This document shows positions 12,965 through 24,800 of a stretch of 64,000 nt of DNA, one piece after another. Source of the stretch: Amphiscolops sp. MND2022 (Eukaryota). Below the pieces are notes generated by a model that was given only the letters and a program-made list of their open reading frames with translations, was not told where the DNA came from and made no database searches. The position numbers and the translations under genes were made by a program. The stretch spans positions 71,920,001-71,984,000 of the forward strand of contig OZ076414.1 in NCBI GenBank assembly GCA_964187785.1, read 5' to 3'. How positions within the stretch are numbered: position 1 is the stretch's first letter; each line of letters opens with the position of its first letter.

Positions 12965-13195
12965 ATGCTTACAAGTATAGTTCTACCTCTTTTCGGACTA
13001 TTAATTATTTATCATACCTTTTGTACACTTATTGACAATATTCCTAAAAAATTTCTTCTCATCCATTGTACAGTACACATAATACTTTTCCCTGTCTTTG
13101 TAAATCAAATATTACTATACAATCCAAAATTCAATTCAAAATATCCTATTATACAGTATATCTATCCTCTATGGCAAACCTATTATTCTTACTAG
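12965..13195 (+). CDS. Small hydrophobic ORF2 (76 aa, two predicted TM-like segments)
   Basis: MLTSIVLPLFGLLIIYHTF...KFLLIHCTVHIILFPVFVNQ...QYIYPLWQTYYSY; colinear homolog in B at 35305-35538. Confidence 0.55.
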   Translation: MLTSIVLPLFGLLIIYHTFCTLIDNIPKKFLLIHCTVHIILFPVFVNQILLYNPKFNSKYPIIQYIYPLWQTYYSY

Positions 13196-14770
13196 TCACT
13201 ACAAAACATAATGCTTCCCCATCTTGTCTTATCTACAGAACAACGTCAAATACGTTCTTTTACCCAAGATGTGATACTTTTTTAAACAACCTCATATTTC
13301 AGTACACAAATCCACTTTCATTTGAATCAGAACCGTATAGTATACATAAATTTCCTTTGGCAAGAGAACATTGTGACTCTTACCTATATTACATTCGCTA
13401 TTAAAGATTAGAAATAATACCATCACAAACTCGTTTTCAAACCATTTTTAACCCAGTGCAAGGTACAAACACAAGAACACACTATAGAACAATTCACCCA
13501 CAAAATATAACACTAACTATACAAGATGTCTTTATTACTTATGTGGACAAATTTATTGAACATAATGAAAATCAAGACATAACATTATATCGTCCTTCAC
13601 ATTTAGAAAGTTTAAAAGAAAAACCTGATTACTTTGAAGTACCAAATCTTGAAACAAAGATACAACGACACAATGATCCCCGCTAGTGGTTACAAAAAGA
13701 TATATTGCAAATTAAACAATTTCAGTATCGAATCTTTCAAAACATTATACTCAATGAAGATACAGTACCAAAAACACATATCTTCTCACACTTCTTATTA
13801 AAATTCCTCAGAGTCAATTACTAATTGCTATGGGAACAACAAGATCAACGTGCATATATGAATTTTCCTCAAGTACTAACACAAACTGAACTTTTACTAT
13901 TCATAATCAATAATACAAATAAACATCTACATTACAGAAATCCCACATCACTTAACATCAACTATTTTGAGCTAATCAACTTTGATAATAACTTTATAAT
14001 AGAACATTCTTATCGTCAGGTAGTAGACTTTATACTACCCTTGATATTGTTCCTGAAACTTTCCTGGAAGAATACAATCCTAATATAGTACCACAATATA
14101 CTCGACAGAACGCTCTACAATTCAATCAAAATGACTTTACAGATCCTTTTCAAATGCAACAACCTCAACAATTAAATGTAATACCTCATGAACAACAACT
14201 CGATACTACTGAATTACAAAATGTACCAGATACTTCGGAAACAGTTACAATCCAAAATATCTCAGAACTTTCTGATATAACTGAAAATAATACACAAAGT
14301 TTTACAACAGCCACTGACTCAAATATGTTACAAGTTCCAGTACATGATATAATACAAAATACAACTAATGGTCAACATCAAGACGAAATTACTCAAAATT
14401 TAAATCAAGATACCACATCTAGCTTATCTACATCAAATACCAGTGTAACTCAACCTTTTCAAACACAACAAACCTCACCTAGAAATTATGTTCCACCTCC
14501 TCCTCTCGTGGAAGACATAATTCTCGTCAACAAGGTTCTACAATTTCAAACAACAACCGCAACAACATAACTTTTAACACAAAATTAACATATACTCTAG
14601 CTCAAATTACTCAACAACACAACACACAAACTGCTTTGACTAATAATACTCTTCATTCTAATCTAATACCTAACTACACTACCTCTAGAAACATTTCTCG
14701 ACCTCCTTTACAAACTATTCCATCTAACCCATTATTGTACACTTTACAAGTACAAATCCTAACAATACAC
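13171..14770 (+). pseudogene. Disrupted long ORF, probably the extended N-terminal part of Gag (globular-looking region then a Q/T/N-rich tract)
   Basis: Same-strand ORF pieces 13066-13404, 13456-13686, 13825-14088 and 14154-14570 are separated by single stops or frameshifts; the first ~95 codons are homologous to B (FLNNLIFQYTNPLSFESEP vs FLHNLIFQYTNPFSFETEP). Confidence 0.5.
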
Positions 14771-15063
14771 GTTTTTAACGGTTCAATTGGTGCGAAAAAT
14801 TCACACACAGTAGTAAACAAGTTGCCAATGATAACTTGAACAAAACTGTCACTGTAAACTGAAACTTTGGCACCAATTTGAAGCGTCACTTACGTAGAAA
14901 GTGAAATCGTCCTAGGATGTTCTCACTCCTTAAGTACAGTACAAATTTGAACAAACTCATGCAAACCAACTCAAGCATACAATATCTGAAACAAACACTT
15001 TAGAACTTCTCAAGTCCAAAAGTGCAGGTATAAAAATTTTATTTTCAAAAATTCCTGGTTGAT

Positions 15064-15497
15064 TGTGATGCCATGATGCGTGTCCTCAAGTATTTTCTTA
15101 ATCTTCAAATATTATTAAACTCTTTACCTTACAACTTGACAGATGTAACTTAATCAAACTTGACTAGAATGCTGACACTTGAAGATAACTTTATTGATAC
15201 ATTGTGACAATCTTATTAATGACCTATCTTACTGTTGTCGCATTCAATTAATTTAAATGACTATAATCATTGATGATCTTGTAGAATATATCTACTTGGA
15301 GAAAAATAGGATCCTAACTAGAGAACAATTTCACCTGAGAAGAAGAACTTAACTGAGATATCAGAAGGATATTAGAACTTAGAACTAGCCAGTTACTGAC
15401 TTAGTAACTTGACGATTTTGCTGTTAAGTATCCCAGACTTCTTAGGTACTCCATCAAAGAAATAAAACACCTAACACACAACATTTTTAACAGCTCA
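15064..15497 (+). repeat. 3' LTR of element A (434 bp)
   Basis: TGTGATGCC...AACAGCTCA, preceded by TTCCTGGTTGAT as in the 3' LTR of B. Confidence 0.9.
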
Positions 15498-16317
15498 ATT
15501 ACTGTTGAATAGTTTAGTACTGACTACAATTGCAAAACCAACGTAAAATAAATTGAACGAGTGAGTTAACAGAATTGCAATTACGCGATAGCAAAGAAAC
15601 CAGTTCAAATATTCTACTTGTCGTAACCTTCATCACTTTGTTGAGAGTCTAGTGAACTCTCTCTATAGTGACTAATTTGGTTACAGTTAGTTGCAAACAT
15701 CTTTGGGAAGTCTACTTGTTCTATACGGTCCTTTCGGCCAATATTACTTGAATGCGGTCTTTCTTACCGGAGGTCCCATTTTGCATTTGAAACTGCTTCC
15801 CTACTCCTTCCCACAGCATTTTCATTGCTTGTTAGCACCTTTTCATCAATTGCTGAGTTTATATATATGTATTATATGTGTAATTATGTATATAAACCGT
15901 TAGCACCGTGACAGTCAATATTTTGGGAGTCATAGGATAAAAATAGAAAAGAGTTTTTCACAAAAATAGATAACACCTTGAAATGACAGTGTGTAAAATA
16001 ACATAAAACATTACATCACTTTACCAATTATCTATAGATAGAACCTGCAACAACACTACGATTATTATACACTTGTAAACAGCAACATTTTATGCATTTG
16101 AATACGCTAGCTGACTTTTACTAACTAAGCGGACATTAAGCCCGCTTGACTGCACTAGAGTACTAATCGCGCATTCTGATAGTTCAAACGTAAATTGGGC
16201 AACGCGTCAGCTTGACTACACCGCTGTACTAGTTGAACGCGTTTCCGTTACTTTTACCAGTTTTATACAGCATTCAAGTATTTTATCGATTTCCATTATA
16301 CATTTTACACATCGACG

Positions 16318-16920
16318 TTACTTTTTATCAATATGCAAAAGGTAATTGGTTGGGGTAAATTGACCTGAGGTTGAAATCATAACAAAAACAATTTCCAGGC
16401 TTGAAAAGGTATCAAGCAATTCTAATGGTTTCATAACTTCATAACTAACAAAACAAGTATTTCTTCTAATGCAACGAATGGGTTTAAATTCTAATCTATA
16501 CAGGTAAGACTCGGTGTCCGGGGATACTGAGATCATTTTCTGGGGAAGTATGTTATAGTAAGCCGTAGCAGGTGACAGTCTGCGACACACCTCTGGGTAC
16601 GAGAATGAAGGACACTGCCTTCATTCCTGCTTCAAACGCATTGAGTTTTGCCATTCGCAGTTCATATGATTCGCCCGGAATGTGCATGCTCTCAAGGTAT
16701 CCGTGAGTGATCTCTTCATTATTAGGTGGGAAAGATTTCCTGCATACTGCACATACTGTAAGGAAAATCGAATCCTCGTCTTGTTGTCCGCAAATTCCGC
16801 CCGCACTAAATCCCAGCGTTGTATTATGGGACGTTTTGGTCTAATGATTGTCATTATTGGTAGGGTACGAGTCATTTTCAAAATTGTAAGAAGGTCGCTG
16901 ATCTGTTACTGGTGGTGACA
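16318..16920 (-). pseudogene. Decayed ORF of unknown origin
   Basis: One frame reads ~120 codons with a single stop (..TVCAVCRKSFPPNNEEITHGYLESMHIPGESYELRM..), then frameshifts into ORF 16318-16590. Confidence 0.25.
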
Positions 16921-19006
16921 AAAGAGAATCTAACACTGGGTTTATTTGACTGCAATGAGCAATAGAATGGCCGCATGCTGATTGTCCATAAAATGAGCGG
17001 GGTTGACTATAAATTAGTTAATCATTGAATTTGAGGGCTAAGAAAAGATACTACCCAGTCCAGGGTATTGATATCGTAAATAATTTTCGATCGATTTAGT
17101 AACTGAGGTTGTTAATTGCTTCTTGAGTTTGTTTTACTTAATCCTTCAGAGGTGTCACTTGACAGCATAAGTGTGATGATTGGTAATTGTCGGTCAACAA
17201 ATTACATCAAAGCCCATCGGTCTGTTTTACGGCACCAATGAGAGGCAGCCAATCATGAGGTTTGATCAAAGTGAATAGTGAGTTGCATGAAACATCTAAT
17301 ACATATGTCGATTGTAGGATAATCGGACTACATTTGAATAAAATTGATGTAGAATGAAGCAAATGTAATGGAGTAAGGCTTATCCGTGTACTTGACCTGC
17401 AGGTTCCGTTACACGGACACTATCGGTTAATCTTTGTCTGGTATTAAGCGTTTCTGATATTAATATAACACATACATGTAGCCACGACGTCCATAAATAA
17501 GTAAAATCGTTGTGGGTGGATTCAATTGATAAACTATAACAACCCTAGTCTTTAAGTTCAACTAGTAGTTCGAGTACGTAATATATATGGGAATGAAATA
17601 GATTGCTCCGGTCGGATAGACTGATGGCCACAAGACCCTTCTGTACAATGAAGTTTATTGATTGTGAACTAGTTTGTTTGTCACTAGTATTTTTGGCTTA
17701 AGGTCAATACCCAGTTCTTTCACTGACACACAATTAATTTGACTATTAACATCATTACTCGCTGGCAAATCGCCCCATCCAACAAAAAGACTTTCTTTGT
17801 CCCAAGTCTCGGCAACTATTCAGTAGCAGCTTACTATTTTCAGTGGAGCGATATTCTCTAACTCCAGTCAGTAATGAAGACTCCATCACGCAGTTATTGT
17901 CAGACAAAGCGGACAAATTTAGACCTTCCGTCATGTAAGTATCTTCAGGTTGGCTATTTAGATTGTTGAAATTAAGCTTGATCAAATATTGCATTTAACT
18001 AAATTACTTTCTCCATCGTGAATAATTCATTTTGAGCATGAACATTTTTAACTTGCTTCCGGAAGTCTTTCAAAGTGCTGTACGATGGACGTATTTGCAG
18101 GGTGTGAACCGCGATTTTTCATGTCAATTCGTTTAGACAAGGAACAAGTTGGCCAACCAACTCAAGAGACAGAAGAAGCTATGAAAGTGAGCCATGAAAA
18201 CTCTGTCGACACTTAGCACTACGTCGCAGGCGGTTAATGGGATTCCCCAATCAGGAGCTGTGATTGCAGAGACTCACAAAAGTTGTGCTGCTAGGCCCGC
18301 TCCAGATTTTACTGAAGACACCGATGTAGAGGCGATTATCACTAAGAACGTCAATTCTGGGAATAATTAAGTCGAGATGACTATACCTCCGATAGCTGTG
18401 GCTCCTATTGGTCCCAACATCCTTGCTGCCTCACAACTTGATGTTCCTTCCAAGGGAATGGGCTTCTCATTCAGCAGCAGTGGATAGGATGATAGTTGCG
18501 GCGGTTATTTCACCCGCAAGGTGGAAGCGCTGGAAAATAGTTAAACAAAGCCAGAAGCAAAGGCCGCTTCTGAGACGATGAATTGAGTGAAAGTGAACCA
18601 CTAGCAATTTTCCGTCAAGTCAACGTGGCGTCCTGTAAGATGCAAGAAGTGAAGAAAACCCTGACGCAATCTTTTTGGATCCGCCAATTACATCTCCCAA
18701 GTCAAATTTACGTGATGAATCAAATGGTATCGAATGAGGTCATTTAAATTCCTACAATAATCCAAAGATGTCAGATCAGGCTGACCTAACGTCACCTTTT
18801 AGTAATTTCATCAACGCTCTCACTACCTTCACTAGCAGAAAAGCGGATACACCAGCCGGAAGTTACTTAGATTCGAACAGTTGTACTCGGTCTACAATAT
18901 CCTGAAGCATATCTGAAGCAAGTACCAGCAGGAAGCACAACAAGACAAAGACAAGAAGCGATCCAAGAAGCCAGTCAAAACCAAAAAAAAACTTCACATC
19001 AAACCG

Positions 19007-19624
19007 TTGGAAGATCTTGCAAAATCATGGGTGAGGAATTTTTCAAAGAAATATCTTGGACGCGAAATGTTGTTTCCCGGCCCATGGATCCCAAATAGAA
19101 TTCTTACGAATTTTACTGCCAAACTTGACGGGAAATTGATCTATGGCAGAGGCCTCAAAGAGATCTTGCGTCACCATGCGACTGAGCGCCATTTACGTAA
19201 GGACCAGCGTTGGCGTTACGAACACTCGGTTATTGAAGACCCAGTCACACATGTTGTACGTCATTACGTTCGTGGTAAGGACATGAAGTTGCTCACACCT
19301 TTGGAATTAGAAGTTGAGGTACCAAATTTCATTGATGTCGAACTGATTGACATTGGAGAGAAGATGCTTTTTTATGATGAGTTGATGTCTGTCAACAATT
19401 ACATGGCGTCATCTTCAGAGAACCGAGTAAGAGTACAAATCTCTATCCTGGAACTTCAACCTACTACGCGTCAAGTATCTCTTGTTCTCATAGTTAGTAT
19501 AAAATGCACTTGGTCTAAAATTTGCTTGGTGTTCCAGGTGATGTTCCATCACATCTTCGTCCAGCTACTGGAAGATGTCACCAATTACGTACTACAAAAC
19601 AAAAAGGACCGTAACAATTTTTAG
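19007..19624 (+). pseudogene. Zinc-finger ORF remnant (C-x2-C...H-x4-H, TTF/BED-like), probably from a DNA transposon
   Basis: An adjacent frame gives PMDPK*NSYEFYCQT* (CxxC with TGA at the second Cys), shifting into IYGRGLKEILRHHATERHLRKDQRWRYEH. Confidence 0.4.
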
Positions 19625-21618
19625 ATCTGAACTTTTGGTGAGATGATGAACTCTGTAGGGTATTAGTTCGACGAACTGGACGCACGGACCGCCAGACGTC
19701 AGCTGTCGTACCTCTTGGCAGCAATCCCTCCCTGCGTGAAACATGTGTGCTGTAGCGGCTGTACTCAGGCTCTAATACAACTGCTGGACCAATGCACGCT
19801 CCCTCCAGTTGCCGTCCAAAGCCAGATCCCTTTTGAAGAGATTTCGTTGAAGCGCATCATGCACAAGAAGAGTTTTAGTGCCTTTGGTCGAATTAATTTG
19901 TTTTTGTGAAAAAATACTCTGTCCTGTGTCTAGGAGGAATTTTCGACTTGTAAAAAAATACAGGCCGCCTTCGAACTGGCAAGGGTTAGTATCAGCGAAA
20001 ATGTAGATATACTTACTTTCTTTCTAAATTTTCAAAATAAGTTTACTTTAGGCCATACGTGTTTGCCGACTTGATGTTTCTAATCTCTACGTCTTATGCC
20101 GAGAAATATTGAGCAAATGGAGTTCAATCACTGAGTTCCTGACCAAACTTTTCTTGTTTCAAGAAATGATGGGAGTCATAAAACAGGTAAACTGGTGTGG
20201 TCAGTTTGACTTAAGGTCCTAAGTGGGTTAACTTGTCATTCAAATTTTCTTTTTTGTTTTAGCCTCAGAATTTAGAATGGTCAATTCTTTGTGACAAATT
20301 GTTCACATGTAAACTAGAGTTCTTTCAACTACTGGTCCAAGATTGTTAGTGAATGTTCGTATGGGACCTCAGTTTTTTTGCTTTCTACAGGTATTTGTAA
20401 TCACTTTGTTTAGATGCAACGTGTTTATCTCTGAGCTTGATAAGACGAAAGGACGGAAGGTTTTTCTGCTATGGCCACCTCTGTCGGTATCTTCGCAAAT
20501 TAGCGCGACAATGTACCAGCCCCAATACCAACCCCGAGTGCTTTCCTGCTGAGGACAAGTGGCCCAAAAATTCGGGCCTTGATCTGGGATGGCAACAGCG
20601 CTTACTTACTGTCTTCTAGTTTGTGTCTCGAGCAACAAATGGGTGGTAAACTAGATGTAGCCTGCAAAATCAAATCGGATGAGAGACGAAGGAGAAAGAG
20701 AAAGAAAGTCTGCCACTAGAGACGATCATCAACAAGATATGGAAGAATTTGGTAGGGTGCTCGCAGTTACGTCACCCATTGGGGGCTACTTCTCCTTCGA
20801 CCAAGAGTGTCTTTGTTCCGAGGAATACTGATCCTTCCTGGTTGTCATGCTACAGTCTTTTCCGTAGCTAGTGCAACCCACCTTGTTCGTGAAGGACACA
20901 GTGGGGTTGCTCATCCGTCAAACATCATTGACCAGCCGTGCTTTATTGCATAAACTTTTTGGCCCTGCTTGTCTATGTCTCCATGAGCCTCCAACAATTT
21001 CTGCCTGTCGTAACTTTAGGATCTGTCGATTCAGAATACTGGACCTGCAGTCAGGTTGACGTCATCGTTCCAGTGCAATCGTATTTCCTCAACATTCCTC
21101 ATGGGGTTGAGGTTGTGACTACTAATCAGTCGATTTCTAAGTTTCTTCTGTTGAGCCTGACTTGGGATTGCAGGGACTGAGCGTTGTTTACAGACCATGG
21201 TTGAATGTCGACTATTTCGGACTGAGTAAGATCCTGGAGCGGATGGATATCACCTGTTCATGTCAGCCAGCCCCGCCGTGTGATACTCTATCGAATGTTT
21301 CGAGCGACAGTAAGGCTAAGAAAACGAAGAAACAGGGAGCAGCGAAAAAGTGAACTAGTCATTTGTTGACTAATGAAGAATCGACCCGTTCAGCTGAGGA
21401 TTTGCTTGCAGCTTGCACTAAGTTTCAGTCGCATTTGTATAATTCTCTAGCATCGTGTGTTTATGTTGATTGTAGTTGTTCTATCTGTTTATTCACTGAT
21501 ATTATTGGTACTCTTGCCTTGTGTCCATTGAAAGATATTTTGTTCAATTATAGTTTCCAGTAGTCAGGTTAAATCCCACAAAAAATTGGCTCGCGCAGGG
21601 TTATTAATTTTCGTATTC

Positions 21619-21640
21619 TGACTAATATCGATATTAGTCA
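21619..21640. repeat. Perfect 22-bp palindrome TGACTAATATCGATATTAGTCA
   Basis: The sequence equals its own reverse complement. Confidence 0.9.
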
Positions 21641-21899
21641 CTGAAGTTAGTAAGGACGAACGTTGGGTTTTCCTCCCATAAGACTTTCAGTTTCTACAGC
21701 TATATAGTCAGTGACTGTTACATCGGACGCGATTATTCAAGTTCCTAAACCACCCCCCCCCCCCAAGAAACCATTAACTACAACCCCCCCCCCCGAGTTA
21801 TTATATCTAGGCAAATTACGTTTAGTAGGGTTCCAGAATCAGCAGTAGAGTTTTCAGGAATGTACGCATAGTCGTAATGTGTCGAAATAAGTTCATTGC

Positions 21900-24800
21900 G
21901 ATTAGAATCTGGGAATTATCCAAATTATGTTTCCTACCCAAAATTATAAGGTTCATCTTGTGCATTCACAATTTCATTGTCTGCTTATACGCTACCTTCA
22001 GGGCGAACGTCTCGTATTTCTTGATTTCGTGTATTCAAGACGTAGGCGTATGCTGTGTTTTCTTAGAGCGACGTTTTCGTATTATAATGTTTTCATTCGG
22101 TACGACTTTTTCAATGACATAAGGTTCAATCCGCCGAAATTCTCTGAACGGGATGTTTGAGCCTTGATGGTCAGCTAACAGTTGTAGTACGAAGCAGTTG
22201 TCATCTTTTGTTAGCGGTGCGGCTTTTGCTTTCCGAGCGTAGTGTTCTGTGTATTTTAAAAACGACTGCATTGTCTTTTACTTCGTTTTGTCGATAAGTA
22301 TTTGTGTTCGTCTTTGGAATTCTTCGGCAAGGTCTGTTGTTGGTGGAGTTTTTGGCTAAGGATTGAGTACTACTTTGTGGTCTACGATGTTTTTAGAACC
22401 CGTCCGTGGAAACTTCTGGACGGTTCATATCCTAAGCTTGAATGATAAATTGTATTGTAGTTTAGTACCGCTGAGTGAAAATTTTTATGCTATTGGCGTC
22501 TATATTCGACGGAAGCTTTTTGTAAATTCGTTGTGAGACTTGCATGCGTTCTATGTATTTTGCTGATTGCCTGTGGATGCTTCGTCGTTGAGCACTTCAT
22601 CTGGATACCTAAGATTTCAACTATTTTGACAATTAATCGTTACGTAAAGGCAGTTCCTTTATCGGTAAACAGAGTTGTCGGCTAGTAAGTGTGTCTTAAC
22701 ATGATGTCGATAAGACATTTGGCCGTACTCGTGGCTGATGCGTCTACTACATGTAGTAGGCAAAAAAAGATACCGATAGAAAACGTCAAAGGCTTTTATT
22801 GTACTTTCGTTGTTATACTTTCGTTATGCACCTATATCCCATTTTGATAGATTGAGTAAATTTGGCGTTATTGAACAATGACATCACTTTACAACAACTA
22901 CGACTCAAACGGTTACACTCAGAAGAGTACTCAGAAACCAACTCAACAAGATCCTAGGTATCGCCATTACTGTGTCTGGCCGACTGTACATTCAAGACGA
23001 TACCCTTGTCAGAGTGTTCTTTGAAAAGACAGGAAATGTTCAAAATCATCAGGCGGTGTTACCAAACACCTTGTGAATGAAATTCTTCAATTCCTTTATG
23101 AAAGGGCCTATAAACATCCGGGAAAATCAAAAATGTTTCTTGAATTTCCACAAACATTTTATCAATGCGATTTTGCCAAAATTGTCTATGCAAGAATCTA
23201 TTCAAGAGCCACGGTGGTCGTATTGGAAAATTTTTATGCCGCTGACATGTGATGGTAAGTACTATAATGTTTTCTAAAATTTTCCAATGGAAAATCCGGC
23301 AATTGTTTGGACGGTTTTTTTGGCCTCTTGTTTTCCTTGCCATATTTGTTCTTCAGTTTCTTAATCATCGGCAGTGTAACTCTTTCGTCGATTCCCGCCG
23401 ATTGGTTGTTGAGTTCAATAGTTGTTGTCGAGATGTTTTCTCGAATTCGTAGTATTAGTTTCTATTTAGGTGAAATTTCTAAATGTGACAGATAGTCAGC
23501 GGCAGTGCTATTTTCGCCAGGAATATGTGCTATCGTAAAGTTGAATTGTATTACAAAGTCGCTCGCGTTCGACAGTTTTGGTGGAATGATTTTCTTTCCT
23601 AAAAATTCCGTGACTGACTTATTGTCTGTTGATATGATCACCGGTCTCGGTGTTTGCCAAAATATGTGTTTAAGTTTTCTGGACGAAATGAAGATGACCA
23701 AGAACTATTTGGCATAAATCGACTTTTCCAAATGGATAGGACTGAAGGTCTAGGATCCATAGGCTACTGGTGCAAAGGCCTTTCTCACTGAAGTATAATA
23801 CTCGGGTTGATCATCCTCGATGGGAACTGCATAACAAGCTGCCGAGAAGCTAGCGTCAGTCATAAGCGCAATGTGCTCGTTTGGCAGAGGTTGTTTGAGT
23901 GCAAGTTCACAGCATCGGTCAAGAACCTTGTTGATTTTAGTGAATTTTTCCAGCGGTTCCGGTGTTACCAGGACCTTTTATTCATTTTTCAACAATTTGA
24001 AAAAAGGGGTCAGTTTTTCCGAGAGCCTGGGAATGTAATTGCGGTAGTAAAATAAAAACCCCAGATATCACTGCAATGCTTTTATGGACTTCTGGAATTT
24101 CGTTGTTTTCGGAAATTTTAGACCCGAGGGGTCTGCGGCTTCACTCCTTCAAGAGCGACAGTGAGACCTAAAAAATTGTTCTCCGTTGCTCTAAAATGGC
24201 ACTTGTGCATCGTTGGTTTGAATCCTGCGTTTTGGATGCATTTGAATGTCGCTCTGAGATTTTTGACTAGTTGTTCAGCATCATTGGCAGCTAATCCAAT
24301 ATCTTCAACGTATTGTGCACATTGGTCAACTTTCATAACTTTATTCAAATATTCGCGCATGAAACTCGATAAAGGTGAATGAGCTCTGCTAAGACCTTGC
24401 GTTCTTCTATTGCATTCGAAGGTCTTAGTCGCGACATTGACCGCTAGCATCTCAATTGCCCGTTGGTCTGCCATCTATAGGCAGTGGTACGCTTGCGAGA
24501 AGTCTAGCTTGCAAATCTTCGTTTGCCTGCGGCGTGTTTAGCGGCATCAGTCAGTGTGTGTGTGCTAACGGGATGATTGTTGTTAATATAATTGTCCGAA
24601 ATTAAAATGGCATTTTTCCTGAGGTCGACTAATAGCCGCAATGTCATTCCTTGAGATTTATATTTTCCTTGGGAATAATAGTATTCTGACTAAAGGCCGG
24701 CGAGTCATCTGTGATGCCATGATGCATGTCCTTGAGTATTTTCATAATCTTGAAATATACAAACTCTTGACCTAATAACTTGACAGCTGTCACCTCGTTC

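Larger units (their letters stand above)
11751..15497 (+). mobile_element. Element A: internally deleted, non-autonomous Ty3/Gypsy-family LTR element (TGTGATGCC family)
   Basis: Two homologous LTRs TG...CA (11751-12105, 15064-15497), 4-bp TSD ATTA at 11747-11750 and 15498-15501, PBS-like motif after the 5' LTR; no pol or env inside. Confidence 0.9.

Noticed and set aside
21752-21793. Poly-C runs as a G-quadruplex or PPT
   Set aside because: Only two long runs, not directly adjacent to a confirmed LTR; no functional support
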